The notes: generated from the sequence alone by a model not told the origin. Counted from the stretch's first letter, positions 12,777-25,319 are shown. The stretch is DNA of 64,000 nt from Octopus sinensis (GCF_006345805.1 NC_042997.1:16430001-16494000), one strand, 5' to 3'. Made by a program: numbers and translations.

Positions 12777-14214
12777 TATATATAAAATTACCGTGAGTAT
12801 CCTGATTTTAGAAGAGGTACACTGCTTCCCTGTGGCAACTAAAAAGGTATCTGGTTGTAGCTTCATAAAAATGCAACCCATGACAGATAGAAAAAAAAAA
12901 CCGACATAAAACGCAGCTACTAATATGTATGTGTTTTGGTTTGTTTATCTTAATTTGAAAGCTTATAAGAAATTGATTTTTCAATTTCTCAATATCTATT
13001 TCAGTGGCGTTAAAATTTGCAAAAGAACCAGTAGTTTTATACTTGCTGGAAATTCTGAACTAAATATTTTCTTAAAGAAAGGTATCAAATCAATGTTTCT
13101 TTAACAAATTATAAAATTTAATATGGTCAAATAAAACTTTTAAAGAAGCAAAGTGCATAATCTTAGGACGTGCAGAGTTCTTTTTCATTTCTTAATATAA
13201 ATCCTCCTATCCGAAAAATTCAAATTTATATCGAGATAAAATCTAAAATTAGAATTCTCTGCCAGACAGCGAAGTTAATATGAAAAACAAAACAAAACAA
13301 AAAAACAACACAGTTGTTTAATTAAAAGTTATTGATAAATGTAAAAAAAAATTTGAAAATGGGAGATTGTCACAAAAATCATTCAAACATTTCTACCGAA
13401 ATATAATGAAAGAATAATTTAATTCAATCTTTGCATATTTCTATGTTGAAGATTTTATTAAATCTTCTACCAAGTATAAAGGGAATAAATGATTAAATTA
13501 AATGCAGGTGTGGTAAATAAATTATAAATTAAAATCACTTAAAGCATCGATCGATAACTTCAATTTTCAGTGGTCACCTACAACTTTGTCCAGTAATATT
13601 TGGATATAAACGCGGTAATGAAAATTGAGAAAAAAAGTTAATAATAATAATAATGAAAAAATATAAATCTATAAACGATCTGTAGTATAAATCCACAAAC
13701 ATAGATGATGTGGCATGTTATAGAGAGCTTGGCGATACATGCCTGATGTGTGCGAGTTGTTTATAACAAGATCTTGCTTCAGTAATTGAAGTATCATTAA
13801 GCGAAGTGTTCAAATTACAATGAGAAAAAACAGAAAATATATAGAGGGACATCTGAAGATATTTCAGTTGGGGCTGGTTATAACAAATGTACTTGTATAT
13901 ATTTATTGGAATGATGACAGATCCGACTTAAAGGGCCTTTTACGATAAGAAAACAAGGAAAAAATTATGTAATAATTTACATTTACCGAACATTAAGATA
14001 AAAAGATTTATAAATAATACACGTATCTCTGATAAGATTATTAAAATAAAATGCTTATTACTTTCGAATCACGAAGTTATTAGCGACAGAATATTTTAAA
14101 CATTATGTATACGGGCTCATATAAATATTATCATCATCAGAGACGGAGAAAAATATTTAATACCACCACAGCACCTTGCTTTCTTCCTGATAGGTCTTAT
14201 AATAAATATGCATG

Positions 14215-14423
14215 TTGAACCGGCCTCTTTTAACAATATTGACCAATCAGAGAGCAAGCTTTGCGTTACGTCGTCGACCGGAAGCCACACATGGGAATTC
14301 TCATGTGTCTTGTTGACAAAAGCCTGTTATTCATTCAACGAACAAAGGATTAAGTCTGGCCCACGATTAACAGCATCATGTAACTGCTGCTAATCTTTGG
14401 ACTGGAGAGATGCTGAATGTTCG
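14215..14423 (+). promoter_or_regulatory. Candidate Pol II promoter and first non-coding exon
   Basis: Unique CpG-retaining sequence with GACCAATCAG (CCAAT 14243-14247), a CRE-like TTACGTC and ETS-like CCGGAAG (14278-14284), then a strong donor G|GTGAGT at 14424; further donors GTAAGT at 14774 and GTATGT at 15181. Confidence 0.45.
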
Positions 14424-15471
14424 GTGAGTAACAGAAAGAAAAGAGTGTGAACAAATTAATATTCCCTACAAAAAGAAAAAAAAAAAAGTTAGAAAACAAA
14501 ATAATTATTAGCGAAACTTATTTTGTTACTTTTCTTTTCATTGAATCTTACTAATTCGCTAAAAAGCAAAAAGAAAAGAAAAAAGAAAGAGTGAACGAGA
14601 GAGAAAGCGTGTGCATGTGTGAATGAGAGAGAGAGAGAGATTGAGTAAGTGTCAGAGAATATCATGTTGGTGATGTTTGTCATTTATCTTTTTTTATTTT
14701 TTCTTTCTTCTGTCCACCCTTCTCTCACTTCACCTGCTTAATCTATCGGCGAGGAGCTGAGTGATGAGGCTGGGTAAGTTGGTAAGCTTGCATTAGAGTG
14801 ACTGGCGTGAGATTTCTTCTCTGTTGTGAACCGGCCGGCTGCTACCTACTGGACCTAAGTTAAGGCTTGTATGAAAATAGAGATAGCAAGTAAATACATG
14901 CCTGAACGAAAACTATCTTTTTGACAAGCTGCCATGCTCTCTGCTGTCTGTTTTTGTTATGGTTCTCTTTTTCTCTATCGTCAATGTTTTTGTTATGACT
15001 ACCCCCCCTCCTTTCTTCCCTCACTTATTAGTCTATCATTTCTTTGTGTTTATGAGGGGCATGATGAAATTGGCTCTCATTACTATTGACATGTCTGATG
15101 TTGCGTTGTGATGATTAGGGGTACAGATTGAAATGAATAGATTTATCCAACACGAAAATTCTTCATCGGTGTGTAACAGGGTATGTCCATCTCTCATCAC
15201 CATCCGTCCTTTCGACCTCCTGCTGTCCTTATCCTTGTTATGTGTGTCAGTAGCACTGTAAAACGATATGTAAGTAACCGACGAAGTGAATGGCATGTGT
15301 GTCGCCAGACTGATTGATACGCATGGTTTGTTGTTGACAGAAGTTCTTTCAAATGAATGAATGAATGGGATATTTTGAAGTATTTATTAAATATGCACGA
15401 AATAAATAAACTGTACTGCTGGATCTGCCAACCATACCGCCCACCTACTATACCGATCTTGATTGAATATA

Positions 15472-15607
15472 GTACACGAGATAATGTATGCACACTTCAA
15501 CCTATGTTCGTTTTCTGGATTGAAGTGACAATGATGGTGATAATAGTTATGTTTGCGTGTGTCGCGGGGTTTATTGGCTGTCAGTTTATGTATAAAGTCA
15601 TGATTTA
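15472..15607 (+). repeat. 136-bp direct repeat, copy 2
   Basis: See 10180-10315. Confidence 0.9.
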
Positions 15608-17228
15608 TATGCATGTTTGTGCACGCGCGCGCATGCACACATGCAAACACACACTTGCACTTTTCTTATATGTACTTCTTTTATTACACACGTTTATAAA
15701 CTTACATGCACGAGCCTTTACGTGATTGCTTAGATTTGCTGCAAATAGCGACCGAATCTCCCTCAAATCACACCTTACCGTTTTCTTAAAGAAGGTTGAG
15801 TCTGAAAAGATGGGATGGTCGCGACGGGAATTCTTTGATTATGAAGGCTGACCCAAGACCAAACAACAACAATAACAACTTATATTCATAGATTCAAACA
15901 TGACTGCTTTTTATCTTTTATTGATTTTATTAATAATACATGTGGTAACACAATCCAGTGCTTTCTAATATTTTTTTTCCTATAATGTTGCGTGTGTGTT
16001 GTGTGTGTAGGGATGGATATACATGAAGGGACCAATTGAATAGTTATCATTTCATCATGACTACCCTTACGAAATATATTCATTTTGTTTCGTTTATTTT
16101 TCTTTGCTTTTCTTATTTTATTTTCCGTGGATTACATTTTTTTTCTTCTATAACGAAAAAAAAAAAGAAAAGAAAAAGGAACTCCAATTAAATGTAATAT
16201 AACATTTGTTTTGTCTAGACTATAAAAAATTAACCTCTCTCTCCCTCTTTCTCATAACCCGTGTGTGTAGCAGGGGGGGGGGAGAAGACGGTTCATTAAA
16301 TAAGAATGGATATATGAAGATTTATTGTTCGACACAATTGCCTTTGCAATTTCTTTTGTTTGTCTTTAATTATTTTTTTTTTCTCTGACATTTCTTTTGA
16401 ATGAAAAACGGATTATGTTGCTTTATTTGTTTTGACCAACGTGGTCTTAGAGAGAGTCATGCTATATATATATAATGATTCTTTCAAACATGCAAACGCA
16501 TTGTCAGTATTTGACGATAGGAATAACCCATCCAGCCCCATACACACAAACGGAAAACAAAGCAGTTTTATTAACAGTACTCTAAGAAACGTAGAACTCT
16601 AACGAACGGCTCACCGATCGTTTAGTTGGAATGTGTGTTGCGCTTACTGCATTATATATATGTATGTATGTGTGTGTTTGTAATGTACGCGCGCGCGAAT
16701 AACCTTTGACCTGTAAGCTGACCATTTACTTTGGAGATTTCATTGGAGTACATAATATACTCTTATATACTGGAGTATTCTTATATACTGGGACATATTT
16801 CCGTACATACACATTTGGTGGCTTGTTTCATAAATATCATTACAATATATAAATAAACTGTATTTAGTACGCACACACACACACATACGCACGCACGCAC
16901 GAGAAACCCAACTCTCACTCATCCTCATCACACGTAATATAGGATTCGTTACGCTACCTTCCTATGTGTGACATGTAAAGAGTTGTAATCAATAACACGG
17001 TTGTTGTTGTTGTTTGTTATGGTTGAGTGAAGAAGTCAGGTTTCAGACAGGTACAACTCCGAAATTCATTATTTTTCAAGTCACGTTAAAGCAGCAACAT
17101 CATTATAATGATAATAATACTAACAATAACAAAACACACACACACGTAATTATCTTGTTCATTAGGTCAAGTATGACACCACTCCAAATTACTTAAGGCT
17201 ATAAATAGCGATGTTTAATAATAAAAAT

Positions 17229-17614
17229 AATCCTTTTTATTATAGTTTGGGGGAGAGAGGTCAGTCGATTACATCGACTCCATTAGTTTCACTGGTACTT
17301 AATTTATCGATCCGAAAGGATGAAAGGCAAAAAGTCAACCTCGGCGGAATTTGAACTCAAATCGTAGCAGCAGACGAAATACTTATTTCTTTACTATCCA
17401 CAACAAGGGGCTAAACACAGAAGGGACAAACAAGGACTGACAAAGGGATTAAGTCGATTATATCGACTCCAGTGCGTAACTGGTACTTATTTAATCGATC
17501 CCGAAAGGATGAAAGGCAAAGTCGACCTCGGCGGAATTTGAACTCAGAACGTAGCGGCAGACGAAATACAGCTAAGCATTTCGCCCGGATTCTAACGATT
17601 CTGCCACCTCGCCT
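17229..17614 (-). mobile_element. SINE family A dimer (one head, two bodies)
   Basis: Same body-tail junction as 260-600; followed by a (CTT/CCT)n tract at 17615-17692. Confidence 0.85.
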
Positions 17615-17663
17615 CCTTCTTCTTCTTCTTCTTCTTCTCCTCCTCCTCCTCCTCCTCCTTCTT

Positions 17664-17694
<31 letters not shown>

Positions 17695-17917
17695 ATAATT
17701 ATTATTATTACTTCAAAATTTGGCACAAAGCCAGCAATTTCGGGTAGGGGGATGAGTCGAATACGTCGATCCCAGTACTCAACTGGTACTTATTTTATCG
17801 ACCCAGAAAGGACCTCGGCCAAATTTGAATCAGAACGTAAAGACGGACGAAATGCCGCTAAGCATTTCGTTCGGCGTGCTAACGATTCTGCCAGTTTGCT
17901 GCTTTAAAAAATAATAT

Positions 17918-18832
17918 AATCCTTTCTACTAAAGACAAGGCTTGAAATTTGGGGGAAAGGACTAGTCAATTACATCGACTCCAGTGTTTCGCTGGTACTT
18001 AATTTATCGACCCCAAAAGGATGAAAGGCAAAGTCGACATCGGCGGAATTTCAGCAGACGAAATACCCATTTCTTTACTACCCACAAGGGACTAAACACA
18101 GAGGGGACAAACAAGGGCAGACAAACGGATTAAGTCGATTACATCGACCCCAGTACGCAACTGGTACTTAATTTATCGACCTCGAAAGGATGAAAGGCAA
18201 AGTCAACCTCAGCGGAATTTGAACTCGGAACGTAACGGCAGACGAAATACCCATTTCTTTACTACCCACAAGGGGCTAAACACAGAGAGGACAGACAAAC
18301 GGAATAAATCGATTACATCGACTTCAGTGCGTAACTAGTACTTAATTTATCGACCCCGAAAGGATGAAAGGCAAAGTCGACCTCGGCGGAATTTGAACTC
18401 GGAACGTAACGGCAGACGAAATACCTATTTCTTTACTACCCACAAGGGGCTAAACACAGAGAGAACAGACAAACGGAATAAATCGATTACATCGACTTCA
18501 GTGCGTAACTAGTGACTTAATTTATCGACCCCGAAAGGATGAAAGGTAAAGTCGACCTCGGCGGAATTTGAACTCAGAACGTAACGGCAGACGAAATACC
18601 TATTTCTTTACTACCCACAAGGGGCTAAACACAGAGGGGACAAACAAGGACAGACAAACGGGTTAAGTCGATTATACCGACCCCAGTGCATGACTGGTAC
18701 TAATTTAATCGACCCCGAAAGGATGAAAGGCAAAGTCGACCTCGGCGGAATTTGAACTCAGAACGCAGCGGCAGACGAAATACGGCTACGCATTTCGCCC
18801 GGCGTGCTAACGTTTCTGCCAGCTCGCCACCT
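17918..18832 (-). mobile_element. SINE family A concatemer: one head plus five bodies
   Basis: The GACGAAATAC motif recurs at 18057, 18241, 18415, 18590 and 18774 (periods 184, 174, 175, 184); only the last copy continues into the head. Confidence 0.9.
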
Positions 18833-19269
18833 TAATAATAGTATAATAGCAATTTGTTTCGCTCTTGTTACCAGTTATTTGCGGAAGAGCAACATCGAAG
18901 GATGAAAACAGAGAGTAAGTTTCTAACCAGAACTAAGCATGAAATTTATATATATGCGCTCGCGCGCCGCGTGTATGCATACACACACACACACACACAC
19001 ACATACACACGCACGTGCGCGCATATGTATATGACTGAGAAATTTATTTTTGTACTGTTTCCTTTCTTTAAATACATCAAAAGCAACGGGACAATGCACA
19101 GTTTAATTTTCAAAAGCAAATCAATTCATTGTGACTACAAATCCATGACGGTATTTTCATTCTCCCCAACCTCTTTTCGTTTATTCTTCTTCCTCATGAC
19201 TGATCTCCCAATCTTTGGCACTCCTTGTTAATTTTATTTGGAAACTTTCAATAAGCCCCAATCTGGCAA

Positions 19270-19810
19270 CATTTATTTCTTTATTGTTCACAAGGGGCTA
19301 AACATGGAGGGGGACAAACAAGGACAGATAAAGGGATTAAGTCGATTATATCGACCCCAGTGCATAACTGGTACTTAATTTATCCTTTCGGGGTCGATAA
19401 ATTAAGTTCCAGTTACGCACTGGGGTCTATGTAATCGACTTAATCCGTTTGTCTGCCCCCTCTGTGTTTAGCCCCTTGTGGGTAGTAAAGAAATAGGTAC
19501 TTAATTTATCGACCCAGAAAGGATGAAAGGCAAAGACGACCACAGCGGAATTTGAACTCAGAACGTAACGGCAGGCGAAATACCCATTTCTTTACTACCC
19601 ACAAGGGGCTAAAGACAGAGAGGACAAGCAAACGGATTGAGTCGATTATATCGACCCCAGTGCGCAACTGGTACTTAATTTATCGACCCCGAAAGGATGA
19701 AAGGCAAAATCGACCTCATCGAAAGGATGAAACGCAAATTTGAACTCAGAACGAAACTGTAGACGAAATACCGCTAAGCTTTCCGTCTGTCGTGCTACCG
19801 TTTCTGCCAA
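19270..19810. mobile_element. SINE family A array with an internal inversion
   Basis: A minus-strand tail/body (19270-19385) is immediately followed by a plus-strand body/tail (19386-19497), then further minus units. Confidence 0.8.
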
Positions 19811-19834
19811 TATTTCAGCTCCTATAAGTGATAT

Positions 19835-20180
19835 CTTTTACTTGTTTCAGTCATTAGACTGTGGCCATGCTGGGGCACCGCTTTGAAGAAATTTAGTTGA
19901 ATGAATTGACCCACTACTTTTTATTTAAGATTGGGACTTATTTTATCAGTCTCTTTTGCTGAACCGCTATTTTACATGAACTAAACATACCATCACCGGT
20001 TGTCAAGCGGTGATAGGGATAAATACACACACTCACACACACACACACATAAACGACAGGTTTCTTTCAGTTTCCGTTCATGAAATCCACTCAAAAGGCT
20101 TTGGTTGGCCCAGGGCTAAAACAAGGTGCACCGCAGTGGGACTGTACCCGAAACCATGTGGTTAAGCAAACTTACCACAC
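19835..20180 (-). mobile_element. SINE family B (about 400 bp, GGCGCAGGAGTGGCTGTGTGG head), diverged
   Basis: Matches family B copies at 42887-43292 and 49860-50260. Confidence 0.8.
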
Positions 20181-21169
20181 TTGTGTCTAAACAGAAAATC
20201 CACAAAAGTCTAGTTAAAAATAAATATTAAATGTAAAGCTCTGCTTTAAACAATAGGTTAGAAATGATGAATGATTTAATCATCTCATCAAAACAATTTG
20301 TAATTAATTATTGTACTTTTCTAAAGTTTCTTTATGTCAAATTTTTCCAGTTTTCTTTGGTGTATATTATGCTGTCATCAAAAGTATGACAGTATTTAAT
20401 CATTGGAGTTTTGTTACTTTGACTCAAAGTAACCATGTCTACATGTGAGCGTGTGTGAAAATTTTACGGTTGGTCGGTAAGCTGTTCTAATTATTACTTA
20501 TTGTTAGGATAAGTTTCCACAATAAAAAACTAAATCTTTTATTTGGTAGTGCTGACTTTTCACAGAAAACAAAAACAAAAAGAAGATAAGCTCTTTCCTT
20601 AACCATCACGACAGAATGTAACCTGACATGACAGAAAAACCAAATCAATAGCCAGGCTTACAGAGCTATAATCTGCTTACATATTCGTGCCTGAAGTTCT
20701 AGGTAGCGAGACGGTATAAACTTGGAAGGAGGAGATCGACTTCGTTTTCAGCCATCCCACCTTGTATACGTTATATACTGTGTCCTTTCTAAAAGACTTC
20801 TGTTAAAGTAAACATTTAGGTCTTGCTTGCCGTGACTGACTGCTTGTAATCAAATCACTCCCTCTCCTCTTTCACTTAGACCGATTGCTAATAAAATAGA
20901 TTCAGCTTCTAGAACGAGGTACTGTCGTTGGGTATTGCTCGCTTTCACTTTCTTCTGGTTTATTTGTGTGTATGAAATGGATGACGATGGTGATGTGAGT
21001 GTAGGCTTGGAAAGTGCTAACTCACGAAACTCTTCGACCCCTGAGTCACTCTCTTTTGCCAGATATTAGAATATGTGTGCGTGCATATATATATATATAT
21101 AGACAGATAGATATATATATGTACACACACACACATATATAGATATATACGTACATATATATATATATT

Positions 21170-21565
21170 CTTTTACTTGTTTCTGTCATTTGACTTCGGC
21201 CATGCTGGAGCACCACCTTTAGTCAAACAAATCGATCCCAGGGATTATTTTTTGTAAGCCTGGTACTTATTCTACCGGTCTTTTTTGCCGAAGTCCTAAG
21301 TGATGGGAACGTAAACACACCAACATCGGTTGTCAAGCGATGGTGGGGGGAAAGCACAGATACAAATACATGCATATATGTGTGCGTGTATATATATATA
21401 TATATATATATGGTGGGCTTCTTTCAGTTTCCGTTTACCAAATCCACTCACAAGGTTTTGGTTGGCCTGAGGCTATAGTAGAAGACACTTGCCCAAGGTA
21501 CCAAGCAGTGGGATTGAACCCGGAACTATGTGATTGGGAAGTAAGCTTCTTACCACACAGCCACT
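21170..21565 (-). mobile_element. SINE family B
   Basis: Tail CTTTTACTTGTTTC..., central (TA)n and head ...CACACAGCCAC. Confidence 0.85.
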
Positions 21566-21953
21566 ACACACACACACACGTATATGTACACACACATATA
21601 TGTACACACACATATATATGTACACACATACATATATATACATTCATATATATGAACATCTGTAGATACATGCATATATACATATGTACGTATATAGATA
21701 TGTATACACATACACACGCACACACATATATATACACATATAATTATATGTATGCATATGTGTCATCATCATTTAATGTCCATTTTCCCTTTTGGGATGG
21801 GTTTTACAGTTTGACCAAAGCTGTTTAGCTGGAGAGCTGCACTAGGTTCTAGTCTTTTTTGACTTGGTTTCTATAGCTAGATGCCGTTGGTCACTCTGAT
21901 TTATTTTTTGCAACCCAGTTTGTTTAATAACACATATGTTCACACACATTCAC

Positions 21954-21999
<46 letters not shown>

Positions 22000-22014
22000 G
22001 GGAATGAAGGAGGA

Positions 22015-23275
22015 TAGGACCCTTGTAACACCAGGGAAATGGCTGTGCTTTGCCTGCCAAAGAAGAATCAGTAGAAATTCCTTGACGTTTACTCAGTTTA
22101 ATCACTGGACAGGTACAAACTGCTGAGGAACAAAAGGTAGATTAACAGAAAAGGTAGATTTCAGATGCAGCAGGTGCACCGGAATAGTAAGCATTAAGAG
22201 TCCTCTCAAACACACAGATACTTCCATAGAAGTAATTGATTGATTTTGTTACCTAGGTGACCAAATTATCAGTGGAGTGGATGCTTCAAAAATGTGGTAG
22301 ATAGAATAAGAACAGATTAGAAATGGTTTATCCCTCAAGATCAAGAGCATATTGTATGAAGCTTGCATGCAAAGTGTACTACTGCATGGCAATGAGATGT
22401 AGGTCTTAAGTGTAGAAGACGTAAAGGTTAGAAAAAAAAATGAAGCAAGCATACTTCACTATGTTAGTGTTTATGAATGACAAAGTATAAATGAACCACG
22501 AGACAAACTAGGTAAAAGTGGAATCAGATCTAGTGTACAAGAGAGGATACTGTGCTAGTATGGGCATATAATGTGAATGGAAGATGACAGTTGCATAAGC
22601 AAGTGCAGAGTACTCAAATCTGTGGAAGAAAGACACAGAGAAAACTTGGTATGAGGTGGTGAAAAGTGATCTCAAGATGTTACATCTGTTGAAGGAGATG
22701 ATAGGAGACCATGTTGATTGGTGGCATGCAGTGCTGTAGAAGACTTATCCTCTTCTGCAAGCTTAGTGCATGCATCCCCTGCCTTGTTTATTGCCTATTT
22801 TGTAAACTCGTAACCTACCACAGTCTATTCTCTAAACTACACCCACCTATTTATAACACCGAGTAGCACAACTGTCCAATCATTTTCTAACTCTCACCAA
22901 CCCCAGAACACTACCTTGCACTTTCTCTGCTATTGTCCCCTTCCCCAACACTGCCTGTGTTAGTCTCACCACTCTGTAAGTGGTTGGTAATCAATTCAAG
23001 CAACCACAATGCAGGGTTTGACAGGACTCTTTAGTCTTGCTGATAGCTAGGGCAATCTCTAGTGCTGATGCTACCTGAAAAAAAAAAAAACAGAAGCACC
23101 CAGACCACTCTGTAAAGTGGTTGCTGTTATGGCGGGCATCCAGCCATAGAAACAATGCTAAAATTATGACATTGGAGAAAAATGCAGTCTCCCAACCTAT
23201 TGCATCCTGATAAACTGTCCTCCCCATAATAACATGGAAAATGGATGTAAAATGATTCCAATGGTGATGACGTAC
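22015..23275 (+). mobile_element. RTE-clade LINE, 5'-truncated and decayed
   Basis: Translates to GKWLCFACQRRISRNS..CSRCTG (Cys-rich insert), FCYLGD, LYEACMQSVLLHGNE, YGHIM, RKTWYEVVKSDLK (RTE ORF2 C-terminal motifs); 3' UTR ends CATGGAAAATGGATGTAAAATGAT. Confidence 0.85.
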
Positions 23276-23309
23276 ATACATATATACATACATACATACA
23301 TAAACAAAC

Positions 23310-23469
23310 AAACAATTGCAGAATGAAAGGTGTTTATAAGCCATTTAAAAACACAGAGAAACCGTTAGATTCACTTCAATATTTAAATTTGTCAAAATAT
23401 TGAAGTGAATCTAACGGTTTTTGTGTGTTTTTAAATGGCTGATAAACACCTTCCACGCTGCAATTGTTT
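23310..23469. repeat. Fold-back inverted repeat, 75-bp arms with 10-nt loop (Penelope-like fragment)
   Basis: 23310-23384 versus 23395-23469 are reverse complements with few mismatches; the right arm continues into the rest of the element up to the (TA)n at about 23530. Confidence 0.85.
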
Positions 23470-23544
23470 TTGTTTTACCACACGATCTCAGATCAGGTCA
23501 CTTGCTATGCAAGTATATCCCTGTAATTTATATGTATGTGTGTG

Positions 23545-23580
<36 letters not shown>

Positions 23581-23647
23581 TATATATATATATACATATA
23601 TATACCTATGTATATATATATGTATGTAATTTATATGTATGTGTGTG

Positions 23648-23697
<50 letters not shown>

Positions 23698-23713
23698 CAT
23701 ATACCTATGTATG

Positions 23714-23774
<61 letters not shown>

Positions 23775-23909
23775 AAATTTAATTAGAGGTTGTGTTAACA
23801 TCACGAAGGGATGATTTCATCCAAGGAAATAATGTTTAGTATTTGGGGGGAATTAATTTCCTTAAAATAATAGGTGTATATATAAAAGCATATAGTTTAT
23901 ATTCATGTA

Positions 23910-23982
23910 AAAGAAGAAAAAGAAAATGGAGATTGGGAAGTTAATAATTATTGACTTCCCAATCTACATTTTCTTTTTCTTC

Positions 23983-23985
<3 letters not shown>
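23910..23985. repeat. Fold-back inverted repeat, 37-bp arms
   Basis: AAAGAAGAAAAAGAAAATG(G/T)AGATTGGGAAGT(T/C)AATA mirrored around a 2-nt centre; 2 mismatches; abuts (TA)n. Confidence 0.85.
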
Positions 23986-24031
<46 letters not shown>

Positions 24032-24147
24032 AATTATGGGGTTTAGCTCACAGTTGATCAAAATGATTAGGTACACTAGGTAAGTGATTCCTTTACTCCT
24101 TTCCTCTATGTTGTCATTTCATTAATCTATATCCATTTTCCCTATTT

Positions 24148-24203
24148 GTCTCTGATGACATAATATCCCATACTCTGGGATATCCCAGAAACAGCTGTAA
24201 GAC
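24148..24203 (+). ncRNA. Type I hammerhead ribozyme-like motif with canonical core
   Basis: Stem I GTCT/AGAC; CTGATGA 24152-24158; stem II ATATCCCA/TGGGATAT (unpaired base); GAA 24188-24190; palindromic stem III ACAGCTGT; GUA triplet. Confidence 0.75.
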
Positions 24204-24476
24204 TTTGAATTTTTTTCAGTAATAATAATAATAATAATAATAATATATATGACTTGAGATGTTTGTCTTGCCTTCATGTTTGTTGTCTTCTTTAACAATT
24301 ATATATATATATATATATACACATAAACATATTTATATATATGCATATATTCTATTTTAAACGTTATAAATATTCTCATATTTAGAGTTATTTATCTTGT
24401 TTGTACTAAAATGTAACTGCATATGAATCATTGATGATTTTCTTCCTCCGTCTTCCTTTCTATTGGACTTTCCTCT

Positions 24477-24511
24477 GTTTCTGGAGAAGAGCATTGCTCA
24501 AAATGTTAAAC
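24477..24511 (+). ncRNA. Decayed minimal hammerhead motif in a Penelope-like fragment (24250-24620)
   Basis: GTTT-CTGGAGA-A-GAGC ATT GCTC-AAA-ATGT-T-AAAC; restoring two CpG transitions gives GAA-ACGT. Confidence 0.55.
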
Positions 24512-24936
24512 CATCTTTCTTTTCTTCCCTGAGCATCTGCTAATACTCTACATGTACCATGTCCTCATGTTGTTTGGTCTTCTTCTTTTGGATTTACTAT
24601 TTATAATCAATGTAGGAGATATATAAACAGGGCAAATTTAACTATTTCTCTATTGACTGAGAAAAATTATGAAAAGCCTCAATTGATTTTCAGAACTTAT
24701 TGGATTTTCCTCACAAGTGTCTATATCATTTTGACCAATCTCAAAGAAACAAGCAACCAACCTGTTTATGTACTCAACAAATCCAGTAACTAGAGAGAAC
24801 TGAAGCTACTAATTTCTACAGTGTGTTTAACACTTTATTTAATATCAGTAGCATATCAACAGAGATCTCAGTCCTACCCATGCTAGCATGGAAGGTGGAC
24901 GTTAAACGATGATGATAGGGATGATACACACATATA

Positions 24937-25319
24937 TGGAAGCACTCCGTCGGTTACGACGATGAGGGTTCCGGTTGATCCGAATCAATGGAACAGCCTG
25001 CTCGGGAAATTAACGTGTAAGTGGCTGAGCACTCCACAGACACATGTACCCTTAACGTAGTTCTCGGGGATATTCAGCGTGACACAGAGAGTGACAAGGC
25101 CGGCCCTTTGAAATACAGGTACAACAGAAACAGGAAGTAAGAGTGAGAGAAAGTTGTGGTGAAAGAGTACAGCAGGGATCACCACCATCCCCTGCTGGAG
25201 CCTCGTGGAGCTTTAGGTGTTTTCGCTCAATAAACACACAACGCCCGGTCTGGGAATCGAAACTGCGATCCTATGACCGCGAGTCCGCTGCCCTAACCAC
25301 TGGGCCATTGCGCCTCCAC
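24937..25319 (-). mobile_element. tRNA-derived SINE family C
   Basis: Head GTGGAGGCGCAATGGCCCAGTGGTTAGGGCAGCGGACTCGCGG..GTTTCGATTCCC with A and B boxes; related head at 59459. Confidence 0.85.

Noticed and set aside
13706-13746. ATGATG...CTGA with a 7-bp stem (GGCATGT/ACATGCC) as a snoRNA or miRNA
   Set aside because: It is too short (about 40 nt), the C box is imperfect, and such a hairpin is expected by chance.
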